From Atractiella rhizophila (Eukaryota), in NCBI GenBank assembly GCA_021432655.1, contig MU271281.1, forward strand, positions 1 to 64,000: DNA of 64,000 nucleotides. Direction: 5' to 3'. The position numbers and the translations under genes were made by a program. This document shows positions 39,817 through 53,318 of this stretch, one piece after another; position 1 is the first letter of the stretch; each line of letters opens with the position of its first letter. The notes under the pieces were generated by a model that saw nothing but the letters and a program-made list of their open reading frames with translations, made no database searches and had not been told where the DNA came from.

Positions 39817-40898
39817 GCTTATATTCAGTGCGTTTTATGCTGAGGTGGAATAGAATAAGAGAACCTGCACTAAGGTTTGTCTCGCGAGTCATCCATTGTG
39901 TAGCCTGAAGTTCATGACTACAGGTAACAGAACAAAGTCTAACGCAGGAGTAGTACGTTGTGTGTTGAGCTGTTTCCAGAGGGGAGGGTTGAAGTTGAAC
40001 AATTTAGGTGAGTCGTCGAACTCAACCTTGACTTATAAATATTTCTTATGAGCCCAAGCTGTGGCGTAACCTTTGTTCATCTGTTGTCGATCAAAATCCT
40101 TCCACTTTATACCGCAGTGGTCAGCAGCCATTCGAATAGAAGTGGGAGATCAAGAAAGCGCGTGAAGTTAATTACCAGGTGGTGACTGCAAGCGACAGCG
40201 CAGCTCTCTCGTGCACCAAGCTGTTTCTCGATGTCGCATTTCGTCTCCTCCACTACGTGTGATTGCAGACTCGAATCTTTTGCAGGATTTGAGCTTCAGG
40301 CTATTGTATGTGTACGCTTCTAGGCTTAGTTTATATTTACTATATGCTAGGTCAGGGCATTATAACTTGAGAGTCTGCTCCTTTCCTAAGCAACGGCCAA
40401 TACAAGTATTTCGAGTTAAGAGCTGACACACCTTGCCTGTTGACTCCGGCTAGACGCTCTGCTGGTGCGATCATTGCGCGTGGTCGATGTTGTTCTCATT
40501 CAACAACCAATTGCTTCTCGGTGTCCAAACACATCCCATCACTGTCATATGCATTTTGAGGGTCCAGTGGGAAGCCACAAAGTGGCGCTTCCTCCACAAC
40601 TGTGGTGCGTTCGCCGCGGAATGATTGTCATCCGCCGGGCCTCAATTCGTGGTCGCGCGTGCAGTTGGGGGAAGATGGGATTCAGTTTCCCATTCATTCC
40701 CTCTCTTACACGCTGCCTTGTTCTGGATTAGCCACAGCAGACGGGACGCGGTTCCAGGCTCGGTCCAATGTAACGCAGAATGAACGGAGCGAGCGGCTTA
40801 CATGGTCATGATTCGAGACATTTCTTTCCGTCCCGCACATAACTCGTAGCAGAAGGCAGATGGCTGATTCTCTCTGTAGGAGGAAAAACAAAGAAGCA

Positions 40899-43234
40899 AT
40901 GATGACCTTCCCTCCCGAATTGCTTGCCCTAATATTCAAATCTCTCCTTCCCGACCTCTCCATCCGTCCTCCGTCCACAGGCACAGGTCTTGTCTTTCAC
41001 GCTAGCGCGACCTCCTTCATCTCTCTACTTCGAACATGTCATCTCTTCAAGAATCTAATCAACTCGCTAGACGTGCGACTGTTTCTCCCCCTGGTTGAAA
41101 TGAGATGGCAAAGATCCTACAGGAAGCTGCTTGTGCATCAAGAGAAAACAAAAGACGGCGCGCCAGTGGAAGGAACTTGGAGGCGTGTCTATGGACGCTG
41201 GCATCGCTGTGACTTGAGCATTTGGACCAGTCTGGATGACAACCCGTTTGGCGCTTTGGAGGAGCTCTCAAACACGGAGAGGAACTATGTCCCTCAAGAC
41301 CTGTTCTGCTACCTACTGTCGCGTCCACTTCCTCCCTGTCTACCTCCGGCCCAGTCGACAGAGGAGCTATTTTCATTATCTCAGGGATTATTTCTTAAAA
41401 GAAGAGAACTGTCGCGGTCCCTGTTGAGGAATTGTAACTGGGAGAGAGTTTTGGAAATTTGGGAGAGGGCTCTCACAATGGAAGGGCGAAGTGGCTTTGT
41501 TGAGATGATAGTCGGGTTCGCTGTTGCAGGAGAGATTGGGGATGGAGAGTGGTTTCTTGATGAAGGAATAGACATGGAGACAAAGGACGTGGAGTATGAG
41601 GTGAGTACTTGTTGCCCACTTGCGTCTGTTCTGATTGCCGCTTTCAGTTGAGGAAGCTTATGAACGACCTTTCAAGGCGGTTTCGAGCTCGGATCGAACA
41701 AGAAGGCTTTCGACTTCCTGCTGAAAACGTCACGAAAGCTGATGTCTTCCGCGCATGTTCTCACATCTCAGACTTCCTCAAGCTTGAAGGTTTTGGTCCG
41801 AGCGCAGGGACCGATGTTCACAACGACACCTCAACGCGCTCTCTCTATCGAACCCTGCACGAATCCTCCCCCTCGAACCATAAAGCGATCCCCATGGTCT
41901 CCGCCTGTGTGTTCATCTTCCTATTCCAGACCCTCAACATGAGATACAAGGGAAAGAAAATGATGATCGAGCCTATCGAGTTTCCGAATCACATCCTCGT
42001 TTGCGTGCCTTTCGAGGATTCATTGGAGGATCAACGAGAAGAGGTGGAGGTTGGGGAGGTCCGGTGGATATGGGAAGAACTGTCTCGGGAAGGATCCATG
42101 GTAAAGGTGAACCGACGTGCCTACATCCAACTAACGCAGCGGCGAGACTTACAAGAAGATGTCGCTGTGACTCTCCCTTCCGACAAATGGCGTGGAACAC
42201 GAGTAGAACGCAAGTTCTACTTCTCTCTGATCGACGGTTCAAAGCCAGTTTCACGAATTACGGATTGGTCAAAATTTATGGAAATTCCTCCTGAAGGAGA
42301 AAGTGGAATGCTTCGGGACATGTTGGGGATGTGGATGAACCCAGAGAATAACCTAGATTTCATCATGTTTCGACAATCGAATAATCTTGTCTCGACAGCT
42401 TTTCTCCTGGAGCAACAACGCGCCTTGAGGGCTCAACATCCTCAGTTTCCTCATGTTCCCGCACCACATATCAACACGTGGAACATCTTCAATCCTCTCC
42501 TCGTCACTTCCATCATGGCAGTCCTGCACACGGAATGGTGTAAGCAGGAAGCCATGTTCGGGAATCTCCTCTCGTGGTTTTGCGGCTGTTTGTCGAATTA
42601 TTGGATGAGCGGAGGAAGAGTAGTAAGGAAATGGATTTTGAAAGGTGGTCCTCAAGCAGAGATGGAGGATGGAGGTTGGATATATACACAACTTCGCGAA
42701 ACGTGCGATGAATTGGAGAGGGAGCCACACAAGACTAGCGAGGAAGTGAGACTGAGAAAACCTGGCGCCGATCCTGCGTTTAAAGTGGGACAGGTTTTTA
42801 AACATCGTCCGTATCCAACATCCTTCCTAGGTGTCCCAAAGGCTCTAATCTTTTGAACAGGCAAACACAACTATGTTGGACTCATCCTTTCTTGGGATCC
42901 GACCTGTCAAAAAGATCCAATGTGGCAATACGCAAATTCCATCGCCGCGCTTTCTCGCGGTTCTAACCAACCATTTTATAGTGTTCTGGCAGAGGATAGT
43001 ACTTTACGTTATGCGTCAGAAGGTACGCATGCCCTTTCATTGCTGCAACAAGACTTGATGAACGAGGTAGAAAATGTCGAGCTTTTGACGGAGGTTCAAG
43101 AACATGATTTTCTCCGGCTCGTAAAAGTGGACAGGAGGGTTTGTAACCTCTCCAAAAGGTTTGATGGCTGGGATCCATATAGCGCGCGCTTCCTGCTGAG
43201 CGCCACTTGGAAGACGGTGTTCCCGGATGATTGA
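40899..43234 (+). CDS. FBXO21-like protein: F-box, transglutaminase-like core, YccV/HspQ-type domain
   Basis: FPPELLALIFKSL; AIPMVSACVF...PIEFPNHILV; FKVGQVFKHR...YVGLILSWD...QPFYSVLAEDSTLRYASEENVE...FPDD*. Confidence 0.75.
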
Positions 43235-43619
43235 AGGTTGTAAGTGAGTGAAAAAGATTTGTGTAGCCATCTGCCGTGGTTCAACCCTCATAGTCTGTTT
43301 GTCCAGTATCCCAAAATCTGTCTGTAATGATACTCACTCTCACTGCCGTATTGGTGAATTTATTTCTTTTGCTAGTTTCGGCGCGGAATCAGAAGCAAGA
43401 GGTCTAGGGAACGTATTATGTGATGAACCACTAGTATAAGTTAACAGCAATTTTAAATCGCCGCAAGTGAGGTGAAAGCTCCGCGGTGTTGGTAACTTGA
43501 CGAAGTGCCATACTTGAGACTGGGAGTGCCTGTTTACAAGAACGCGGCGAGTGTCTCAGCCTCAAGAAGTCGTCCAACTGCTCAAAGACGATCGCCTGAA
43601 TCTCCTTCTGCCATCAGAC

Positions 43620-45182
43620 ATGACGTGGACTTCGAGCACTTTTCTTTTACTTCCCACGGAGCTGATTCGGGCTATCTTCCAACACCTCAATACAGATTCC
43701 GATGTGACGAGTCCAGATTTCTGCAATGTGTTGTCTCTCAGCAAGGCTCTGTATCCTCTCGTGCTCCTGGTGCTTTATACCGATGTCGCTTTTCACGCCG
43801 AACATACGCTGGGGTTCATTTCTGCACTGCAACAAAATGTCCAAGCCGCCAGGGCGTTGCGACACCTTACAATCCTTCCGTTTACCGAGAGATTTCTCAC
43901 TCGCGACAGCACACACAGCAGAAGTAGCAATAGCCGAAAAGATGCTCTTCATCGTCTGAGTGATCTTCCGAAAGAAGCTCGCATGCGTTTGCTCAGTCTT
44001 ACGATACACCATCTTGACTACGTGCCAACAAAAATACCCCTTTTACCAAATCTGCGAGAGCTAAAAGTTCACGGATATTACGTCGACCTGTCAATAATCA
44101 TGCCGCACCTTTATGGTGGCTTTTCCAAGCTCGAGATCATGGAGCTTACAAACTTTCCTATACCACCGTGGACGTTCATGAACGGTTCCTTCGAAGCACC
44201 AGCGCTGAAATCTCTCCAGTTTGGAACCCACCGTCCCCAAAAAAACTCCATCATGATGCAGCAATTGAACAATCTCAATAAACGCCATTTTCAACCAAGT
44301 GAATCTTTGAGAATCTCGTTGAGGCAGCTTTCGCTTAATTTACAACTCCTCGTCAACGATGACAGCCTCCCTGGGATTCTACTTTCTTTTATCAACCTGA
44401 CCGAACTCTCGTTGATTGAAGTCGAGAATACCGTGCTTCCAGTCCTCTCCAACCTTCGTTACCTTTGGATTCAGCAGCGGCTTCTTCAGCCTCATGTGCA
44501 TCAACATGAGCTTACGCTAGTCATACCAGAATTGGACAAGTTCAACTCTCTACAAAGTCTCCATATCGAGAACTACGCAATCAATCGTCCGCATAAGGAT
44601 CCCTACAAATTTTCACTTTCTATGTTGCATATCACAGGCTGTGAGTTGTCGGACTCGCTCGCTGTTGATATGCTCTTGAGGACAACAATTCAGCTCCGAG
44701 TCGAGAGATGCAGCATCGACGGCACAGTGCCGCTATTACCCCTTCCGAATCTCAAAATACTGGAATATTCTGGGAAAATACCGGATTTTAATGCTTTCAA
44801 GGGCGTGGCAACGAATCTTCGAGCAGTTGAACTGTCTGCCTCAGACAAGAGTCAGGTTGATCCGGATATCGACTTTGATCTTTCGATGGCTACACTACAG
44901 GTACTGAAAATAAGACACTCCAGTGGGTCACCGAGGAGGATGCAAACACTGATGAAATGCATTATGGATGGCAATTTGGGAAGTTTGGAGCATGTCATCT
45001 TTCAAGCGCCGCCCAAGGTAAGCTGTCGATTCAACTAGACTCCATTCGACTAGGCTGAGAAAAATGGTCAGAACGCTGATCCTATAAACGAAATCCTGAA
45101 AGATTCTGGGGTCAAGGTGAATGAGAGAACATGGGAGGTGGCAAAGTCTATCTTGTTATCCGAAGCTTCACCAGCAGCCTGA
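43620..45182 (+). CDS. F-box-like / leucine-rich-repeat protein
   Basis: LLLPTELIRAIFQHL; repeated LxxLxL units (LPNLRELKV, FSKLEIMEL, APALKSLQF, LPNLKILEY). Confidence 0.75.
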
Positions 45183-45351
45183 GTCGTGGATTCTCTCGTG
45201 GAATTGAGAACCTACAAATGCAGAAACTTCAGGGACTCACTCTCTGATTTTGGGATATGTCTCGACAAAAGATCATCGGTAATGTGATTGCTGTTATGAA
45301 GTAAAGACCTGACTGTAACTACACCACTCATCAGCTGCTAGCACACATTTC

Positions 45352-47150
45352 TCATCTCAGCTTCAATGCCTTTGGGTGTGCATCAGTTAGGAGTACTAGA
45401 CATAAGAGCGACAGACCTTTGCGTGCAAATTATCAACGACCGTGCTCACGTTTTTGAGCGTTTCAAGCGTTGCGTCGTAAGTTTCCTGTAATGGCATGTC
45501 GGTAAGCATCCAGATGCTGAAGAGGGAACAACACATACATCCTCCTCGGGTTCATCATAGACAATCAAGCATCCTTCTCCTTGGTCTATAACCCCATAAA
45601 AGACTTTATCCAATATCATTTGACTGAGTCTGTTGCCATCTCGATCAGAGCAAGAAGGCAACAAGGAGGAATGACATACTTGGCTTCTACCTCCCTCACT
45701 GGTTGTCCAATTGTCTCTGCGACATGTAAAATCTCTACTCTCGAATAAGGCTCCACAATTCTGACCAAGTTCTGTTCGAGGAGTGTGTCATAAAGTCCTC
45801 CGAGATGATTCTTTACCATGGCATCATCAAGCAGCTCTATATCGACATAAGCACCATAAGGGCCAAATTAATCGGAGTAATGGAGAGAAAAGACCTTTGC
45901 GATATTTCTGCGTCGCCGCCTGGAACTCAGATAGATTCCGGTTCTTATGTGCAGCAGCAACGGCCTTCAAGGCGTCGACATCTGACCCTGTGTACCTCAA
46001 TGCTAGTTTGCTCGTTACGATGGAAGAGACGTCTTCCGGCTATCGTGTCCAAAGGTTAGCTGAGGGATAGAGAGCTGAAGGGACGAACAAGGTTGAGCAT
46101 GACTTTACAAAGGAGCATGTACTTCAAAGCGTTCACTGCCAGAGGGGAATCTTGAGATGAGAAACCTTCTAGGGATTCAAAGAAGTAGGAATAACTGTCA
46201 CAAATGCCATCAGATCAAATGAGAAGGAAGAGAAGAGGGAAAAGGACTGACGCTGTCTTGTAGTCCTTGTCTTGAGAATGTAAGATGCCAGACTGGAGAT
46301 CAAGCTCAGCTTGGAGGAGAGGAGGGCAGTAGATTGCATTCGCGGCAGTCCTTGCAGAGGTGAGAGCAGCCTAGAATTCCAAAAGCGAAGTTCACCATCC
46401 GTGATGAAGAGGAAGGTAGCGGCAGAGATATACTTTAGATTTGGAAAAGTTCACCAGGCTGTAATGCACCTTCGACTCGAGAAGGTGGACTTCGGTAAGT
46501 ATCATCTTGTCATCCAGCCTTTTCAGCTCCTTCAAGAGCGCATTGATCAGAGTCAATGCCTCCCTGTACGCCGAAGATTCCAGGTACCTTCCCAAAGAAC
46601 TAGTCAGCATGGTAGGTTCAAAACTAGGAGGGAGAGAGAAAACAAACAGGGAAACTAGCCGAATCTCCAGATTGTGCTTCAGGAAGATCCTTCTCTCTTC
46701 CTTTGCCCATGCCACTACCTCCTTTGTAACTTCAATCTGGACCTTCATTCCATCTCCTTTGATGCCTCCGAACAAATCCACCAAATTCCTCACTGCAGAC
46801 AGATAAATTTTCCTTCCAAGGTAGAGGGGCTGCGAGGGGAGGAACACTGACCAAGCTTCGCGCTCTTCGCCTTCGAGGAACTCTTGATAAAATTGCGGCT
46901 GTTCCTGACGAGCGACGCAAGGTCCTGGACGCGGTTTTGGTCGCGATATAACTGTCCCAGTGCCAATAATGCATCCTCCTTCTCCTTCGAAATTGCTGCG
47001 TCTGTCCACTCTGCATCCAGCGGTTCAGATTCGTAAAGTCCTTTGCACAACAACAGAGGAAATTGACGACGGACCTGGATCAGACGATAAAATGTTTTGG
47101 TAATGGGATTCTGCGGCTGCTGGGTCAGAAGGTACGTTCGTTCCTGCCAT
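45352..47150 (-). CDS. RPN6: 26S proteasome lid subunit Rpn6
   Basis: [90 protein letters not shown]. Confidence 0.96.
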
Positions 47151-47307
47151 TTCTTTGTGCCTAGGACGAGGTTTTGTTGGAAAGTGGCTGATTGTGAGGG
47201 TGACGCGTAAGGGCTTTAGTTGTCCTCTAGTCCGTTTCCGCATTTCCAACCGTCACCACGATCAGAATGAGACATGAGATGACAACATGACGACGAGCTC
47301 AGGAGGC

Positions 47308-48139
47308 ATGGCTGGCCTATATTCTCTCTCTGACGAGCTGTTATTACTTGTACATTTCACTGTCTCCATTATGCAGCTTCTAGCAGATTCTGATTGAGAT
47401 GCAGGTGCTCAGTTTCCTGGATATCCCAGACTTACATATCCTCTCCAGCGCCTCAAAGCACTTCTACTTCCTCTCACGGGATATTGCGCTGCACAAGAGT
47501 ACGCTATTATCCTCATTTTATTTCAAACAAGACGAGGGAACATTCCTTTGACCTATTTCTATCGTGTATTCAGGGAGGATAACTATCGTTACTCCTTATA
47601 TTCTCGCACATTGGGCACCTAGCCGGCCCACGCCTCTAGATATCATCCGACGTGGAGGTCCCATCAAGGGTCTCGAGTTGGAACGGCGGTGGTGCATTGA
47701 GGGGGGATATATCTACTCACTCTCCTCCCAGCGCCAATACAACGCGTCTCTCCGCTTACGTACCTCCTTGCTCAAGCGCACACTAAAACACCACCTCGCC
47801 ACTCGTCCCAAGTCATCCAATATCCCCCCTTCCATCCTCCCAGATGAGAACAAGAGAGTTGCAATGAGGCTCTTACCCGCCTTGGTGAGCTTGAAGAAGG
47901 AGAGAGGGAAGGATGAGACTAAGAGAGGATTGAGAGGACTGAAGAGGGTAGAGGAGGTCTGGAAAGGTGGGATGGCCGGCTGGGACGATAAGAACGAACG
48001 TGTGAGGTTGGCTATTGTTCCTGGCGTACGTTTTCTCGTTCAGTTGAAGGGGCTGTGATGACCATCTTCCTCGGAACACGCATAGGTCAGGAAGTTTGTC
48101 AGATTCTTTGAGGACCTATCCAAGGCGGGGAAGAACTGA
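47308..48139 (+). CDS. Small F-box-like protein with an RPEL-like segment
   Basis: LYSLSDELLL|VLSFLDIPDLHILSSAS; LKRTLKHHLATRP; C-terminus VRKFVRFFEDLS. Confidence 0.6.
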
Positions 48140-48502
48140 GATGATTAACTGAGAGTTCAGCGGCCCTAGAGATATTTCATGGATTACACACCAACCCTCT
48201 CGGAGCCTACCTATCGGATTCAGTCTCTTTCGACTCCCTCTTTGCCTCATTCACCTACTTAGCAAACCATCTTGCTGCCATTTTTGGTGTGTTGTGTTTG
48301 TATTCTTTCCGTTCCTTAGGTTCGTCTTTCTTGTGCATTGTCTTGTTTGGTCAGTTCCCCGTTTGCATCTTGCGTGAAATAGGATGGAGAGCCTAGCTTC
48401 TCGAACTCATGCCCGCCTCGCACTGCGTGGATAGGCTGCAGAAGCTTTGCAAAAGTTCTACTTGTGTCGAGGTTGCAAGTAAGGTAGGGAAGGCAAAAAG
48501 CA

Positions 48503-48575
48503 TGACTTCTGCCAGGATCGAACTGGCGACCTTCAGTGTGTAAAACTGACATTATAACCACTAAACTAAGAAGCC
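48503..48575 (-). tRNA. tRNA-Val(UAC), no intron
   Basis: GGCTTCT/AGAAGTC acceptor stem, TCAGT-TTTACAC-ACTGA anticodon arm, GCCAG-TTCGATC-CTGGC T arm; T5 Pol III terminator at 48495-48499. Confidence 0.95.
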
Positions 48576-48686
48576 GAGATACTGCTCGAGTCAGGCGTAG
48601 AACATCTTAATTGTACAAACCCTTTCCATCCCAGTTTCTTCTGAATTCTTTGATCAGTATGCCAATCCTTTTTCCATCATCTCATA

Positions 48687-50286
48687 ATGGCTGCTTTGGA
48701 AACGCATGACTACAATTCTATCTCACATGCACTAGTTGCAGGGTTTTTATCGAGGAGAGGTACGCTTTCCGACGCTTTCTTATCTTCACAATGCAGAGGT
48801 TCCCAGCCCATAACAATCTGCCATCGTCTCAGGGTATAATGCAACACTTGAAGCTTTTCTGCGAGAATCGTCGACTGCCTCCTCGTCGAAGAGTCCAGCA
48901 CCTATCCTAGAAGAAGTGTTACTTGAATATTTATCCAATCGTAAAGTTAAATCGGTCGCCGACACCACAACAAGGAACGAGAACACGCAGTTGAAGAGCA
49001 GTTCCAAGGAGAAGTATCCGATTAGAGTCGTAAAGACCCTAGATGACGTTCATTCTGGCCCAATCCTCTGTGTAAGATTCAAGACGGTCAAGAGGAAGTT
49101 CTTTGATACATTGGCGGAGGACTATAGGTGCGCTTAGGCCGTAGAGCTTTCCTGCGACGCATGGGTTGACCTATTTGATAGAGAGGAAGATGTTCCTTGT
49201 CTCGTTACCTCGAGTGGCGATCGAATGATAACTGTGAGTTAAATTTTTCTTACACTCCTCAAACATCAAGGTGACCGTCTGGTAGTATACTCCTTATACC
49301 CTCAATCCTGAATCCCCTACTCCACACGCGATGCTGCAGATTAGCTCACCCGCGCTCTCTCTTGCCTTCTCGCCTTCTTGTACAGACCGGATCTACTGCT
49401 CTTGCATGGATGGCAGTGTGAACCAATATTCAACTGATCCCTCTTCCTTGTCGAACCCAATCTGGTCAGTCAAGGATCACACGAAGTATGCCGTCCGGGT
49501 AGACGTTTCTGAGGGAGAGGAGTGGTTGGCATCTGGGGGATACGACGGGCGGCTCTGCCTCTATCAGAATCGAGGAACAACAGAAGAAACAAAATGGACC
49601 AAGAGAGCTGTGCTTGAATTTGACAAGAGGGTAGAAGGGATCCTTTTTTTGCCAGGTGGAAAGAAGTTGGCATTTACACTCAGAGACGATAATCATCTGA
49701 ACTACCTTATTCTGCCTGAACATCGGGAGGAGAAAGAAATTTTGGGCAAGGAAGATTTGGAGATCGAGAAATGGAATCTTAATGCGAATGGTGCGTATAC
49801 CCTCGTAGATTGACTATTAACTCAAGCATTGTTATAGGCGACGATTGGGTCTCCTTTTCCATCCTTTCAATATCGCTCCATCCCTCTGGAACTCACGTGT
49901 GCCTCCAAACCGATACACCTCTTTCACGTCTCATCCTTGTTCCCCTAACCTCTCCAACGCCGAATCTCTTCCGCACTCTGTACACCACTTCTGTCCAGTC
50001 CGAATTCTCGAACCCCCGTCACGCCTGGTTATCCACCTCTCTTGTCGCTGTGGGATCGGACGACGGCAGTGTCAGAATTCTAGATATAGATGGTAATGTG
50101 AAAACAAGCATCCCTGCTCATGGCGCCGCCTTGGTCGTCTCATCAGAGGGAGAGAGCGAAAGGGTCAGAGCCAGGAAGGAGAGGGATGCTGGAAGCTCCG
50201 TTGTGAGAGATATCTGTGCTCTTCCGGACAGAGGTCTCGCAACTTGCGGATTCGACAAGAAGGTTCAGATTGCTGTGGTAGAATGA
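48687..50286 (+). CDS. WD40-repeat protein with an N-terminal LisH-like motif
   Basis: ALVAGFLSRR|GYNATLEAFLRES; HSGPILCV, DHTKYAVRV...LASGGYDGRL, VAVGSDDGSVRI, LATCGFDKKV. Confidence 0.8.
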
Positions 50287-50545
50287 ATAACCTCAGCTGT
50301 TGTAAACACAGGTCTTGATATCTCCTCCTGCTACTAGCAAACATCATACCATCGAGAGTGTCCAGAAAACTGCCATCGCATCCAAAGCATATACAGCACG
50401 TGCACCAAGACTTTGACGCGGTTTTTTAAAGTTTTTCTCACCAGTCGCCGACGCGTTCAACAAAAGTATTCCCTTTAGAAATAAGCAGTGCCTTACTCTG
50501 AAATCACTCCGACTGTCAAAGGATTGCCCCAGCGATATTGTAGAC

Positions 50546-51336
50546 ATGGATCCCGTAGCTTATACGTTCCCCATCCACTCTCCACACATCCAGGAGCAGG
50601 ATCGACCGCTCCTTCCTTCTCTCATTCGCGACACGATAGAATTTTCTCGAGGCTACATGGGGTAAGTAGCCGATATATCTGCCGTATCTACCACTCACTA
50701 ACAACGTGCAGACAATATGATGCGTCGCACGACTTTCAACATCTCATTCGCGTCGTTAGCCTCACCTTCGATCTTGCGGCATCGTCTCCTTTTCCGCGCT
50801 CATCCGCTGGCCAATCTGATTGGGATCGCAACGTTCTCATGATTTCTGCTTTGCTGCACGATGTAGGAGACAAAAAGTACTCAGATGGTACGGGGGCCAA
50901 CTCCGTGCACGAATACCTGCGTTCGAAGGGCTGCTCTGAAACTTTCTCTCAAGCAATACACGAGCTCATTTCTTCAGTCTCCTACACATTCGAAACATCT
51001 AATTCTCCGTCTGTCACCTCAGAAAGGCTCCTCAAATACCCTGAGTTGGCTTGTGTGCAAGATGCTGATCGACTGGATGCAATTGGGGCGATCGGAATTG
51101 GACGCACTTTTACCTTTGGGGGAGCGAAGAAACGAAGTGGTGCAGGGATGAGCGGAACCCTAGACCACTTTGACGAAAAGCTGATATTATTAGGTGGGAT
51201 GATGAAAACCCCTGCAGGGAAGCAGTTGGGAGAAGAGAGGACAAAGCGACTAAAGGAGTTTCTTGGTTGGTGGAAGCAAGAGTTAGAGACGAATGCAAGC
51301 AAGGAGAGCAGTGTAGTTCAAGAGTGGATGAAATAA
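50546..51336 (+). CDS. HD-domain metal-dependent hydrolase (YpgQ/YedJ-like)
   Basis: YDASHDFQH, ALLHDVGDKKY, VQDADRLDAIGAIGIGRTFTFGG, HFDEKL...MKT. Confidence 0.9.
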
Positions 51337-51802
51337 AAGGACTGTGCAGTGTCTTGGAGTACACCTCATTGCCTCTTAGAGAGAATGTTTTTCACGTATC
51401 GGCCTTCAACACGTTCAAGACTCGCCTGCGAGTTGAGTGTTACTATCGGCTTTTGATTTTCAGTTTTTTTATATGAGCTAACTTGAAGTGAACCTCAATT
51501 CTAGACCCTAGTCGACGGTGTTAAATTCAACGGCGTCGAAGCTGTCCAACCGTCCTCAAGGCAACTTGAAGAGCTCCACTCTGGCAACAACTGAACTGTG
51601 GCAGTATACAGGAGGAATATAAACGACTACAGCGTTCCAACCAAACGACAAGGACCAGGACCAGGACATGGGCTAGATTTACCAAATCCAACCCGGAGAA
51701 ACTACAGTACCACGGCGACGATACGTGTGAAAGTAATGCTTTACTATTGCAGCAGAGTAAACAGACACAGGAGTATTCGCCAGATTGTTTTTACCATTCC
51801 AG

Positions 51803-53060
51803 CTACTTCAACCAAGCCTTCTTGTTCTGCACGAAAAATTCTTTCCAGGTGTTCGGTTTCTTTGAAAGGAAATCATGACTTTTTCCAAAATCGTGTTTGC
51901 CGTAATCTGCCATGCACGTTAGCATTGTCCTTATCCCAAACAGTATGGCTTACAAGACACCTCGTTGACGGCAGCGTAGAAATCCTTGAAGTCCTCTTGA
52001 ATGAGAGGAGGCACGTGAGGGTAAGCTGGACTCTCCTCGAAAAGCGTGTAAACGTATTTCGCTTTCTCTCCAGTAGCTATGGTATCGCAATACGCCACAG
52101 TCAGAAAATTTACTTTACTCCAGGCAATAGTGGAAATTAACGAACCAGCGGCAAACTCCGTCACGATTTCTTCCATAGTTAAGTCCTCCGCAACCGCCTG
52201 AAGGATAGAACCATCGGGATATTCACTGGTGTGCTCTAGCGCGGCCTGTACGAAAATTCCGTAATCTGCAGCGATATCGATAGATGCCAGTTTTGTGTCG
52301 GCTTTCCAGCCTGTAGACAAAATGTACACGCCGTCGTCTCCTTTTCGGAATGTCATGTTGGGACCGAGTAGGTTTTGCATGTAGGCCGCTGGCTAGTATC
52401 CCAGGTAAAGTTAAGTTCTCAAGGTTCATAGGGAAGTGAAGAAAGAACGTACTTCGACTGAGACTGCTCTTATATCTCCTCTGTTCTTGCTTTGTTGAAA
52501 GAGGTACTCCCTGGCCCTCGCCTTCCCCTCGAAGTGATATACCTTGGTATATTTCCCTTTCGTCAACTGGGAATAGGATGGAAGGCCAGAAAACAAGAAC
52601 GTCTTGACACTTGGGACGGAAAAGGCGACATCGATCACGAGCTTGGTTTCGAGAAAGTCCTGTTTCGGTCAGGACATTTATGAAACTCTTTACTCGGTTA
52701 GGTGCAGACATGAACTAACCCTCTCAACATCCAAATGATCCCAAAAGTTAGTGACCAGCTGTAAACAAGTCGCGAATCAACAAGAATTCTCTAGAAGAGA
52801 GGAAAGCGTACAAAAACAGCATCTGCTCCTTCGAGAGCGTTCTTTATCTCTTTCTCATTGCCAAGCGCAACAGTAGCAGCTCTCAGTTCCACTCCTGCCT
52901 TTATGAGATCGACTGCAGGTCCCTTCGACACATCGCGAGTGATGCCGATAACGTTGTATGGCCGAGAAGAAGCCCGCAGAGCATTTAGGACAGAGCCGCC
53001 TTGCTTGCCTGTGATCCCAAAGATGGCAATTTTGAGCGCGTTAGAGGCTTGAGAGAGCAT
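51803..53060 (-). CDS. NmrA-like NAD(P)-binding protein, spliced
   Basis: IAIFGITGKQGGSV, ITRDVSK, ALEGADAVF|LVTNFW, VYHFEGKA, YMQN, IDIAADYGIFV. Confidence 0.9.
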
Positions 53061-53157
53061 TGTGATACGTGTTGCGATAGTCGATTCTTTGAAGATGTTG
53101 TTGTTGATGTGCTAAGTGCTAAGTGGATGAAGAACATTGTTGAGCCCCATTCTCACT

Positions 53158-53318
53158 CTTATATACACCTCCCTCCGAGGTCGACTTCGGCAACTCTTTG
53201 TAAGACTCTTTCGCCAGCCCCATGCCGTGTTCTGATTGTACTCTCAACTTTCTATGCGTCATCTGCTCATTAACTCAGCGCTTACTACAGGTGAGTTCTC
53301 AACCGAGGTCAACCTCGG
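53158..53318. promoter_or_regulatory. NmrA promoter: TATA box plus two CCGAGGTCRACYTCGG palindromes
   Basis: TATATAA on the minus strand within 53158-53166; CCGAGGTCGACTTCGG at 53175-53190; CCGAGGTCAACCTCGG at 53303-53318. Confidence 0.6.

Noticed and set aside
51598..52140. 180-aa plus-strand ORF and similar antisense ORFs elsewhere
   Set aside because: Non-ATG start and antisense to NmrA exons; these are shadow ORFs of real genes.
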